Shown: positions 18,744-26,218 of the stretch, piece after piece
Position numbering within the stretch: the first letter of the stretch is position 1
How the letters are laid out: every line of letters starts with the position of its first letter
NCBI GenBank assembly: GCA_963677485.1
Contig: OY781964.1
Span: 1,472,001-1,536,000, forward strand
Direction: 5' to 3'
DNA: 64,000 nucleotides
Source: Armatimonadota bacterium
GTDB taxonomy: Bacteria; Armatimonadota; HRBIN16
Position numbers and translations under genes: made by a program
Notes under the pieces: generated by a model
The model's input: the letters and a program-made list of their open reading frames with translations, nothing else
Databases searched by the model: none
Told to the model about the DNA's origin: nothing

Positions 18744-19292
18744 TTAGTAGGGGTTATTCAGATCAATGGATTCCGCTATGCGCGGCCGTGGGATGGCTGC
18801 CTGCGGGTCGCTGAATAAATGGTTGAAGATATAGGCCTCGCCAAGCTTGTTGCTTAGGCTTGTTCTGCCTACTATACGCATGTCTGCGGTAAATTCCTTT
18901 GACATGTGAACCACGAGTATACCGCACTCGATGAGCTCTGCTACTTCGGGCTCATCCAAAGGTAAGCGCAGGGTGCCCTTATTGCGAAGCTTGAACTCGT
19001 GGATGATTGACACCTCTTCAGGCGTGAGCCGTTTCAGTTTCCGCTTGGCTGTAAATGTGTCTACCATAGCTTTTATTCTACTCCCTTTGCGGACATCTTC
19101 AAATATAGAATAACACGCAATTATGAACACTATCCATACGACGGCTATGGTGCTATTTAGGAATCGGCTTAGGGGGTGCTGCGGCAGCAGACCGCAAATG
19201 AGAATGAAGGTTCCGGTGGATGCTGCCATCACTACTTTGTGTTTGGACATCCACGGCAGTATTTTGCCAAGGTCCAAACCCGATACGCACAC
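18744..19292 (-). CDS. Superinfection exclusion B (SieB)-like membrane protein
   Basis: Two N-terminal TMs then LKRLTPEE..I...F...LPLDEPEVAELIECGIL; downstream of cI. Confidence 0.65.
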   Translation of the reverse strand: MCVSGLDLGKILPWMSKHKVVMAASTGTFILICGLLPQHPLSRFLNSTIAVVWIVFIIACYSIFEDVRKGSRIKAMVDTFTAKRKLKRLTPEEVSIIHEFKLRNKGTLRLPLDEPEVAELIECGILVVHMSKEFTADMRIVGRTSLSNKLGEAYIFNHLFSDPQAAIPRPRIAESIDLNNPY

Positions 19293-19948
19293 TATATTCC
19301 GCCCTTACCGCGGGTGAGTGCCACGCCGACGCCGATGACGCGGCAGCCTTCTGCGGGGATGGCGTATTCACCGGCGGCCTCGTTGTCTGGTGCGAAGAAG
19401 CGGCGGCCCTTAATCATGACCGATCGCTTGATCATGCGGTCACCAGTTTCAAGCACCTCTATTAACGCCACTTCTCCGGTACCACAGAAGGGCTGGCGCT
19501 TGATACCCAGGTAGTCGCCGCGGCAGACGCGGGGCTCCATGCAGACGCCGGTAATGTGCGCCACAAACTCGGCGCCGGTGTCTGCAGGGAAGCTGATGTA
19601 ACCATCGGGCTCATCTACGTCGGGGCTGCGTCCGTTGAGCGGATCGGCGGGGACATCCCAATATGGCAGCTTGACCATTTTGGGCACGCCCATGACATAT
19701 ATCTCGTTGCGGTTGTCGAAGGCGGCACAAGCCTGCTCAATGGATAGATCGCCGGTGAAATACCCCATGTCCACTCCTATAGATTTCGAGAACTGAGACA
19801 ACAGATCAATTGAGGGTAGTCGCTTGCCGTTTACCCAGTTGTTCAAAGTGCTATAGCCAATATCACTAGCTATTGCAGCCGCTCTCAGCGACCGAAACTT
19901 ACGGTATAGAGCAGCTAGTCTGATCCTCTCCCCGATTTCTGTATTCAT
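19292..19948 (-). CDS. cI: CI-like repressor (XRE HTH + S24 domain)
   Basis: HTH IGYSTLNNWVNGKRLPS; C-terminal GVCMEP..GD..MIKR; divergent from cro. Confidence 0.88.
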   Translation of the reverse strand: MNTEIGERIRLAALYRKFRSLRAAAIASDIGYSTLNNWVNGKRLPSIDLLSQFSKSIGVDMGYFTGDLSIEQACAAFDNRNEIYVMGVPKMVKLPYWDVPADPLNGRSPDVDEPDGYISFPADTGAEFVAHITGVCMEPRVCRGDYLGIKRQPFCGTGEVALIEVLETGDRMIKRSVMIKGRRFFAPDNEAAGEYAIPAEGCRVIGVGVALTRGKGGI

Positions 19949-20050
19949 ATTAGTAATTTACTCCCAATATGGTGTTATTAGTATTGACAATATATCTACG
20001 TTAGTGATAATCTAGTCCTGTAAGTAGTAATATTCAAACAAGGAGGGACC
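19949..20050. promoter_or_regulatory. cI/cro divergent control region
   Basis: AT-rich; TTGACA 19984-19989, GATAAT 20006-20011 (16-bp spacer); repeated tagt words as possible operators. Confidence 0.7.
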
Positions 20051-20254
20051 ATGAAGAGCCTGAAAGAGCTTCGAGAACAGCGAAACATGAGCCAGGTAGA
20101 GCTAAGTCAGCGTGCCGGGTGCAGCCCCACAACGATTTTACGGATTGAGAAATGGGGTCACCGCCCCCGTGTTGAGGTCTGCCAGCGCATTGTTACAGCT
20201 TTGGGGGTAAATGTAACGGACGTATGGGGGGAGGGAGCAGGAGATGGGAGATAG
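20051..20254 (+). CDS. cro: Cro-like HTH regulator
   Basis: LKELRE..MSQVELSQRAGCSPTTILRIE; SD aaggagg. Confidence 0.88.
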   Translation: MKSLKELREQRNMSQVELSQRAGCSPTTILRIEKWGHRPRVEVCQRIVTALGVNVTDVWGEGAGDGR

Positions 20255-20314
20255 GAGTCAGGAGACAGGAGATGACGGAGGAGACAGGAGTGAGGAGTGA
20301 GGAGTCAGGAGGGG
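20232..20314 (+). repeat. AGGAGnn array (E10) overlapping cro end and next gene start
   Basis: About 10 degenerate heptamers; contains cro TAG and the next ATG. Confidence 0.85.
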
Positions 20315-20844
20315 AGGCGCCGCAGCCGTTGACCGTGTGGGTTTTCGACGTGCCGATGCAAAGCCACCTTAAGGTGGACGCACAGAGCGCGAGGGCGTAT
20401 GTGGCACTGCTGAGATCGACACACTATCATGTCTCAGATTTGACCGATGCCTGCATTAACACGCCGCGATACGGAGACAACCAATACTGCCTGCGGATGT
20501 TTCGACGCCCGGAAGATTTCGTAACGGGTTCCGAAACCTTCCTGGACTGCATTGTCTACGAAAAGCCTGCCGTTGATCCTGCCGCGCCCATCACCGTGAA
20601 GCAGATCGTGAGCGACTGGTTGCGCGGGAACGGGTTTGACGGTCTGTGCAGTGTGGACTGCGGTTATGATGCGTGCGGATGCACGGTGGATCACCTGGCC
20701 CCATGCGGAGGCGGATGCTGGCGCGGGAGCATCATGGACTGCCAGCCTGCGTTTGTGGATAGTGATGGGATGCTGTGGTCCACAAAGGCCGCGGCGGACG
20801 AAGCGAGCCAGGCACTTCATGGCGCGGATGAGGAACCCCAATGA
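20272..20844 (+). CDS. Hypothetical phage protein with Cys-rich C-terminus
   Basis: GFDGLCSVDCGYDACGC...LAPC; start chosen by SD. Confidence 0.7.
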   Translation: MTEETGVRSEESGGEAPQPLTVWVFDVPMQSHLKVDAQSARAYVALLRSTHYHVSDLTDACINTPRYGDNQYCLRMFRRPEDFVTGSETFLDCIVYEKPAVDPAAPITVKQIVSDWLRGNGFDGLCSVDCGYDACGCTVDHLAPCGGGCWRGSIMDCQPAFVDSDGMLWSTKAAADEASQALHGADEEPQ

Positions 20845-21275
20845 GCGTGTGGGTTTATGACGTGGTGAGTAAGAGCCACCGGAAGGTAGAGGCTGATAGC
20901 GTGGCGGAGTTTGTGGTCGGCCTTGAGAAGATGTATGAGCACGTGATGGATGATGCCCGTGAGTGCGAGAAATACGGTGAGAACCAGCGCAACCTGCTGG
21001 TATTTACCACCAACGACAGTTGGGCCCACATGAACCTGAGCGTTTACGAGAAGCATGAGCTGGGCGATGTGCGGGTGCTGTCTAAAGGCGAGGTTGAGGT
21101 AGTGGAGAAGCTGATGGGCGGTCCAACCGACGCCGGCGACTACATACTTGAGATCAACAACCACGCATACAAAATACCGATGGCTTCCATGCTGGAGCTG
21201 GCGGTTACAACCATCGCGCTTGACCGCGCGATCAAGGCGCTAGATGAGGAGAAATACCGATGCGCAATAAACTGA
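20841..21275 (+). CDS. Hypothetical phage protein
   Basis: ATGA coupling; N-terminus similar to previous gene. Confidence 0.7.
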   Translation: MSVWVYDVVSKSHRKVEADSVAEFVVGLEKMYEHVMDDARECEKYGENQRNLLVFTTNDSWAHMNLSVYEKHELGDVRVLSKGEVEVVEKLMGGPTDAGDYILEINNHAYKIPMASMLELAVTTIALDRAIKALDEEKYRCAIN

Positions 21276-21360
21276 AGTCGCAATACCCCGGTCGGCCGCT
21301 GAGTGAGCGGATTGATGACTGGGTGTTCTCGGCGATAGTGGTGATGGCACCTGTGATTTT

Positions 21361-21753
21361 GTGGAACATCGCTTACTATGTGGGGCAGATGGCCGTGGAG
21401 AGGGTGGCAAGCAAGTGAGCGGAAAGATTGAGATCAAGCGGTATATCCCGGGATCGATAAACCAGGTGGATAACCAATGCATTCTGATCCATTGCGCGAT
21501 TGAGACCATGAGGGCATCATTCGTTTACACTGTTATCAAGTGCGATGACGTGTATATCAAGGAGCGGGGCTGTTTCGGTCCGCTGCTGGTAAGTAAGAGC
21601 CTGGCGCAGCACATGCAGTGGATGATGGACTTCCTGACGAAGCTGGAAGATGTGCGGGATTTCAGCATCACACTTTACAGCCCAACCGAGGATGAAAGCG
21701 GGGTTGTCGGCAATGTGTGGGCTGAATGGCAGAAGGGGAACCTCGATGAGTAG
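21361..21753 (+). CDS. Hypothetical phage protein
   Basis: In early operon; start uncertain. Confidence 0.5.
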   Translation: MEHRLLCGADGRGEGGKQVSGKIEIKRYIPGSINQVDNQCILIHCAIETMRASFVYTVIKCDDVYIKERGCFGPLLVSKSLAQHMQWMMDFLTKLEDVRDFSITLYSPTEDESGVVGNVWAEWQKGNLDE

Positions 21754-21925
21754 CCAGAAGATAAGCGTGAAGGCGCAGGGCGATGCGCTACGGATCAAAG
21801 CCGCCCGGGAGCGTGTAGTGGATAGTGACGTGCTGCTGGATATGGAGCCGGCTGAAGAGATGGCTTTGAAGGTGCTTGAGGAAGTAGCGCAATGGCGAAT
21901 GCGGAAGGCGGCGGGCGATGAGTGA
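21746..21925 (+). CDS. Hypothetical phage protein
   Basis: Overlapping starts and stops with neighbours. Confidence 0.55.
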   Translation: MSSQKISVKAQGDALRIKAARERVVDSDVLLDMEPAEEMALKVLEEVAQWRMRKAAGDE

Positions 21926-22124
21926 ATTTAATACTGTCGACCAAGACACCATGATTTGCCCATACTGCGGTCATGACCTCGGACTGTTATTGGGTAGTGG
22001 AGGCTATGAGATTTGCAACAAGTGTGACAAGCCTTTCAAGGTTGATGTCATTATCACAAAACTAAATGAGCATTGGCCTCATGAATACAAAACCTCTACA
22101 GAGAAAATACTGGGGGTAATGTAA
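21918..22124 (+). CDS. Small zinc-ribbon protein
   Basis: CPYCG...CNKCDKPF. Confidence 0.7.
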   Translation: MSEFNTVDQDTMICPYCGHDLGLLLGSGGYEICNKCDKPFKVDVIITKLNEHWPHEYKTSTEKILGVM

Positions 22125-22372
22125 TGAGTGAGCAGACAACTGCCGCGATCTATCCGGACCCGCGGAACCCGAAGATACTGCTAAAGGTGCGCAGTGCAAT
22201 GGGCGGGAGCCCTTATATGGTGGGTCGGTGGAGTGTGGACCGCAACGACTGGGCGCGGCCTGCGAAGTTTGCGCCGATCGCGCCGTATGCCAGCCGCGAG
22301 GATTGCCAGAGGGCGCTGTACCGCTGGGCGCATTTGCGGGGAGTGAAGGCGATTGAGGAGGTGGTGGCGTGA
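22124..22372 (+). CDS. Hypothetical phage protein
   Basis: TAATG coupling. Confidence 0.65.
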   Translation: MSEQTTAAIYPDPRNPKILLKVRSAMGGSPYMVGRWSVDRNDWARPAKFAPIAPYASREDCQRALYRWAHLRGVKAIEEVVA

Positions 22373-23001
22373 GCGACAAAGTGATCCTATATGATAGCGA
22401 TGATGCGGCAGTTTACAGGACCGACATCAAAGGATGGGTGTCACATGACGGTCTGTATTTCGGAGAGAACGAAGATGGCGCAAGACGTCACAGCTTAACA
22501 CATGTTGAGTGTGAAAACTGCCACGAGCTAAAAGTGCGCGATTACAGTAGGTTCTACGATGCGTGTGCCAGGATATCGCTAATCAATAAGTGGAATGACA
22601 TGCTGAAGCGCGTATGGGATGGCGATACTCCTGTATTTGTGTTCGTCAGCCCAGAACAGACTGATGACGATTCGTTCACTATACCAGAGTGGTTTGACAG
22701 TGGCGATGATCTGTGTGATTACGTCTATGACCACGGAATTGACCCATCTGCCTTAATGTTGGTGCATAGCACTCCGATGAGCGTGCCCGCTATAACGTCA
22801 GATATTTTTGAAGGCTACACCCCGGACGACTGGGATGACCGCATGTTGCCTGATAGCGTGACTGAAGCCATGGATGCACTCAACGCAGCCATCGGTGAGA
22901 TGGGCAGTTTGGGGTTCGAAATGTCGAAATATGCAGTGGTGTTTAGCGATAGATTAATGGCCGAGTTCGAGAAGATCAAAAAGCAAACGCCTGAGAACTG
23001 A
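22369..23001 (+). CDS. Hypothetical phage protein
   Basis: GTGA coupling, SD gaggagg; YDSDDAA..GWVS.DG..FG.NE..AR pattern recalled from phage early proteins. Confidence 0.75.
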   Translation: MSDKVILYDSDDAAVYRTDIKGWVSHDGLYFGENEDGARRHSLTHVECENCHELKVRDYSRFYDACARISLINKWNDMLKRVWDGDTPVFVFVSPEQTDDDSFTIPEWFDSGDDLCDYVYDHGIDPSALMLVHSTPMSVPAITSDIFEGYTPDDWDDRMLPDSVTEAMDALNAAIGEMGSLGFEMSKYAVVFSDRLMAEFEKIKKQTPEN

Positions 23002-23075
23002 CATTCTCAGGCGATCTATTCGAGGTGGACGGTGTGGTAACTATCCACCTCCATTATACCCCCAGGAGGGAAACT

Positions 23076-23375
23076 ATGGAAGAAGTTAGGAGTAAGGAGT
23101 CAGGAGCAGATCGGACCGCTAACTGCCCACAGAGGGCGCTGGCGCTTGTTATCCAGGCATTTGATGATGGCGTTGAGCAGTATGGTGATGCCAATGACAT
23201 GGCTGCCGAAGAATTCTACGTTATGGCAGGATTGGCACTAGTAACATTGAACGAAATATCACCCAATACACCCAATCATGATCTGGCGGATCGATATGCC
23301 AAGGTGGCAGGTTGGTGTATGTGCTGCAGCGAGCTGTGCGCGCGGGCTGCGGAGATGGAGGCCGACCATGATTAA
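23076..23375 (+). CDS. Hypothetical phage protein
   Basis: SD aggagg; N-terminus encoded by heptamer repeats. Confidence 0.6.
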   Translation: MEEVRSKESGADRTANCPQRALALVIQAFDDGVEQYGDANDMAAEEFYVMAGLALVTLNEISPNTPNHDLADRYAKVAGWCMCCSELCARAAEMEADHD

Positions 23376-23598
23376 CCTTGAGACGGCGGATGCGGGCGAC
23401 CTGCTGCTTGAGCTGGTGCGGGTGAGAGCATCGCTGCACCGACTGCACTCAGAGCTTTGTGCGGAACAAGGCCGCGAGGCGGCGGTTTATGCCGCGATCG
23501 AAGCGAAGGCCCACAAATTGAATGACATCGTGCATAGCATGAGCAACCAGCCGCTTGAGACGGCGGTGGCGGGAGCTCGAAGGAGGTCGGCGAAGTGA
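23368..23598 (+). CDS. Hypothetical phage protein
   Basis: SD ggagg; overlaps neighbours. Confidence 0.6.
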   Translation: MINLETADAGDLLLELVRVRASLHRLHSELCAEQGREAAVYAAIEAKAHKLNDIVHSMSNQPLETAVAGARRRSAK

Positions 23599-23732
23599 GT
23601 ATTTTTCATATTGGCATGCTGGCGGGCGACGTGATCGGGATGTTGATCGGCATCGCGGTGATGGCTTGTGTGAGCTTCAGCGCGATGGAGAGTGCCCGTG
23701 AGCGGTGGCTTGAGGAGGCGCGAAGGCGATGA
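23595..23732 (+). CDS. Small single-TM phage protein (45 aa, not in ORF track)
   Basis: GTGA and ATGA overlaps on both sides; SD aggagg; hydrophobic GMLAGDVIGMLIGIAVMACVSF. Confidence 0.6.
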   Translation: MSIFHIGMLAGDVIGMLIGIAVMACVSFSAMESARERWLEEARRR

Positions 23733-24049
23733 TGGAGGAGAAAGGAGAGAGGAGTCAGGAGATAGGAGGGGAGCTTGAGCGAGCCATACAAAAGAACAAG
23801 GACGGGCGCGCCGAACGGCAGAACAATTTGATGATCTTAGCCTGCAAGCACATAAATACCATGATACGCCATGGCTACGATAGGGCTGAATTCGCGCGCA
23901 CGATCGGTAACGGCGCAGGATTGCCCGTTGATGAACTCATCAGATTAAGCCTGGAATCTGATGGTGCACACAATATCCAAATGCAGGCAACTAGAGACGC
24001 CTCACAACCCATGCAGCTGTCATTATTCGACATGGAGGCCACAAGATGA
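23729..24049 (+). CDS. Hypothetical phage protein
   Basis: Coupled; ends QLSLFD (clamp-binding-like word). Confidence 0.6.
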   Translation: MMEEKGERSQEIGGELERAIQKNKDGRAERQNNLMILACKHINTMIRHGYDRAEFARTIGNGAGLPVDELIRLSLESDGAHNIQMQATRDASQPMQLSLFDMEATR

Positions 24050-24546
24050 CCAAGGAGCTTTTGAAGGCGCATGTGGCAGAGCTGATCAGTGAGTCGATGG
24101 CGGTGCGTGCGATGAATATGCAGCAGTATGGGATGGCTGCGGGGCTGGGCCACAGCACAGTGAGCAATTATGCCAGTGGCAAGAAGCTGCCAATGACAGA
24201 TTCTTGGTCGAAGCTGATGGCGATATTCCCAGAGCTGCCGGACCTGCGCGGGCATATCGCCGTAGCGAATCTGGAAGAGCGGCAGGAGCGATATGCCAGA
24301 AAGGCGTCGCGCCGGTCGGGCATCGAGTGCTACGACAGCAGCCTTTATGACATCATGCCGCAGGAACGGGACCGCGTGGTGCGGCGGGTGTTTGGGTGCC
24401 ACGCGCGACAGGTGGCGGGATATGATGATATCAGCATGTTCGTGCTGGTGCGGCTGAAGAAGACGCCGCTGGCGGAGTTGCGGCAGAACCGGATGCAGGT
24501 GCTCTGCAAGCTGTTTGCGGAGGCTCGCCATGCAGTGCAGCAATAA
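24046..24546 (+). CDS. HTH-containing phage protein
   Basis: AAGLGHSTVSNYASGKKLP XRE-like helix-turn-helix. Confidence 0.7.
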   Translation: MTKELLKAHVAELISESMAVRAMNMQQYGMAAGLGHSTVSNYASGKKLPMTDSWSKLMAIFPELPDLRGHIAVANLEERQERYARKASRRSGIECYDSSLYDIMPQERDRVVRRVFGCHARQVAGYDDISMFVLVRLKKTPLAELRQNRMQVLCKLFAEARHAVQQ

Positions 24547-24742
24547 CCGGTGTGACCATTGCAAGCAGCAGCGGTTCAGTCTGCACCTGCTGAAGCAGGG
24601 GGCGTTCTGCCATTACTGCCTGGCGGACTTAGCACAATGCGAGCTCGATAGGCGTGAGCATCGCGAGGGTGGCCGGGTTCAAACCGCTGCCGGTTTGGGC
24701 GCAAGTACCGGCCACCGCAAGACGATTGGAGGGGCCAAGTGA
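24530..24742 (+). CDS. Small zinc-finger protein
   Basis: CDHC...CHYC; SD ggagg. Confidence 0.55.
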   Translation: MQCSNNRCDHCKQQRFSLHLLKQGAFCHYCLADLAQCELDRREHREGGRVQTAAGLGASTGHRKTIGGAK

Positions 24743-24985
24743 GTAAGAAGCCATATCCGATAGTCGGGCTGCTTCCTGAGGTTGTTGATGACGATCCGGC
24801 TGATCTGCCGGACCTTCTGACGCTGGCGGAGGCGGCCAAGCAACTGAAGTGCAGCGCAAAGCACCTGCGTGATCATGTGGCGGCTGGAGGACCTTGCTCA
24901 TTATAAGATCGGGCGCGGCTATATGGTGGCCAGGTGCGACCTTGTGAATTGGGCGCGATCACGCAGGGTGGCCAACCATGCGTAG
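24739..24985 (+). pseudogene. xis: Excisionase (HTH_17-like) with a one-base frameshift
   Basis: LLTLAEAAKQLKCS..LR stops at 24906; removing one G at 24889-24890 gives AAGDLAHYKIGRGYMVARCDLVNW ending at 24985, overlapping the int ATG. Confidence 0.8.
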
Positions 24986-26048
24986 AGACAAACATGAGGG
25001 CAGCATTACGCGGATGCCGAATGGACGGTACCGCCTTCGGGTGATGATCTCTGGCAAGATATTCAGCCACACGGCGGATTCTAAAGTGGAGCTAAACAAG
25101 TGGCGGCGGGAACTGCTGATACAGATCGAGAGCGGCATCAAGCCTCACGCCACCAGGATGACAGTCACAGAGGCGTTTCATGAGTGGTTCGTGGATTATG
25201 CGCCGACGGTGCGGCGGTCCACATCCTGCAACATCGCCTCTGCGATCAAGATGTGGGAGCGGCTGATGCCGGGCATGAAGCTGACACACCTAAACAAGGG
25301 CATATTACAGCACGCGGTAGATGTTGGACTTGCCAGCGGATATTCAGCGCGAACACTGTCATGTCGGGCGACCATTCTGGGCATGATGTGCTCCTGGGCG
25401 GTTGAGAAGGGGTATATTCTGCGCAGCCCGAATGATGGGATACGGTTGCCTGCGACTCGCACTAAGGTGGATCGGAATGTGGTGGACTACGCGGAGAGGA
25501 TCATCGAGTATTTCGACGAGCAGCACGATGAGCTAATGGCCGCGCGGTGCAGGCTCCTGGTGTATACCGGCCTGCGGATTTCCGAGGCGTGTGGGCTGAA
25601 GTGGAGTGATGTGGATATGGACCGTCAGAGCATATCGGTCAGCCGGCAGGCCTACAAAGGCCGTATCAGCGTGCCTAAGACCCTGAGCAGCTATCGCACG
25701 ATCACGCTGCCCAACAGTGCTATTGGGGTGCTGGAGTATTTCCAGGCGCAGAGCAAGGGGCCTTATATCATCTCAACCACCGATAAGCCGTGCAGCGGGA
25801 ACAATGTTTCAAAAAACATATCCCGCGCTGGAAAGGCGTTGGGCTTTGAGTTCAAGTGTCATTGGTTCCGGCACGCTCACAGCAGCTTTTGTTTGCACCA
25901 CGGCGTGAACATCGCGGCCATCAGCGCGCGGTTAGGGCATGCCTCCATCAGCACCACGTTGAACATCTATTCTCACATGCTTCCAGGGGCCGATGACGCG
26001 GTTAGGGAGCTGTGGGCGGTCAAACATGTCGTTAAAAAAGTCGAATAG
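24978..26048 (+). CDS. int: Tyrosine integrase
   Basis: TGLRISE, PKT, HWFRH, LGH, IYSH catalytic set; EGSI N-terminus. Confidence 0.95.
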   Translation: MRRDKHEGSITRMPNGRYRLRVMISGKIFSHTADSKVELNKWRRELLIQIESGIKPHATRMTVTEAFHEWFVDYAPTVRRSTSCNIASAIKMWERLMPGMKLTHLNKGILQHAVDVGLASGYSARTLSCRATILGMMCSWAVEKGYILRSPNDGIRLPATRTKVDRNVVDYAERIIEYFDEQHDELMAARCRLLVYTGLRISEACGLKWSDVDMDRQSISVSRQAYKGRISVPKTLSSYRTITLPNSAIGVLEYFQAQSKGPYIISTTDKPCSGNNVSKNISRAGKALGFEFKCHWFRHAHSSFCLHHGVNIAAISARLGHASISTTLNIYSHMLPGADDAVRELWAVKHVVKKVE

Positions 26049-26175
26049 ACTCAGAATTAGACTCAAGGGGGAAAATCTGATGAGATATCAGCACGTAAAG
26101 CGCGGAGCTAATCATATTTTATATTATACCCCGTAGAGGGTATCCCAGGCTGAGACACCCCCGTACGGAGCTATT
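26020..26175. other. Candidate attR region
   Basis: tagactca direct repeat (26046, 26058), AT-rich tract, ataccc-N6-gggtat palindrome; core not verifiable without attL. Confidence 0.45.
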
Positions 26176-26218
26176 CTATGCTACGATATAGTGGAATTAC
26201 CAACTGCGGAGGCACCCC

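Larger units (their letters stand above)
1..26150. mobile_element. Prophage (HK97-like head, siphovirus tail), left end outside window
   Basis: Contiguous terL-portal-protease-capsid-connector-tail-TMP, then cI/cro and a tyrosine integrase; metabolic host genes resume at 26219. Right boundary approximate. Confidence 0.95.

Noticed and set aside
26049-26218. tRNA or tmRNA at the integration site
   Set aside because: No T-loop GTTCRA or CCA acceptor stem recognisable on either strand.
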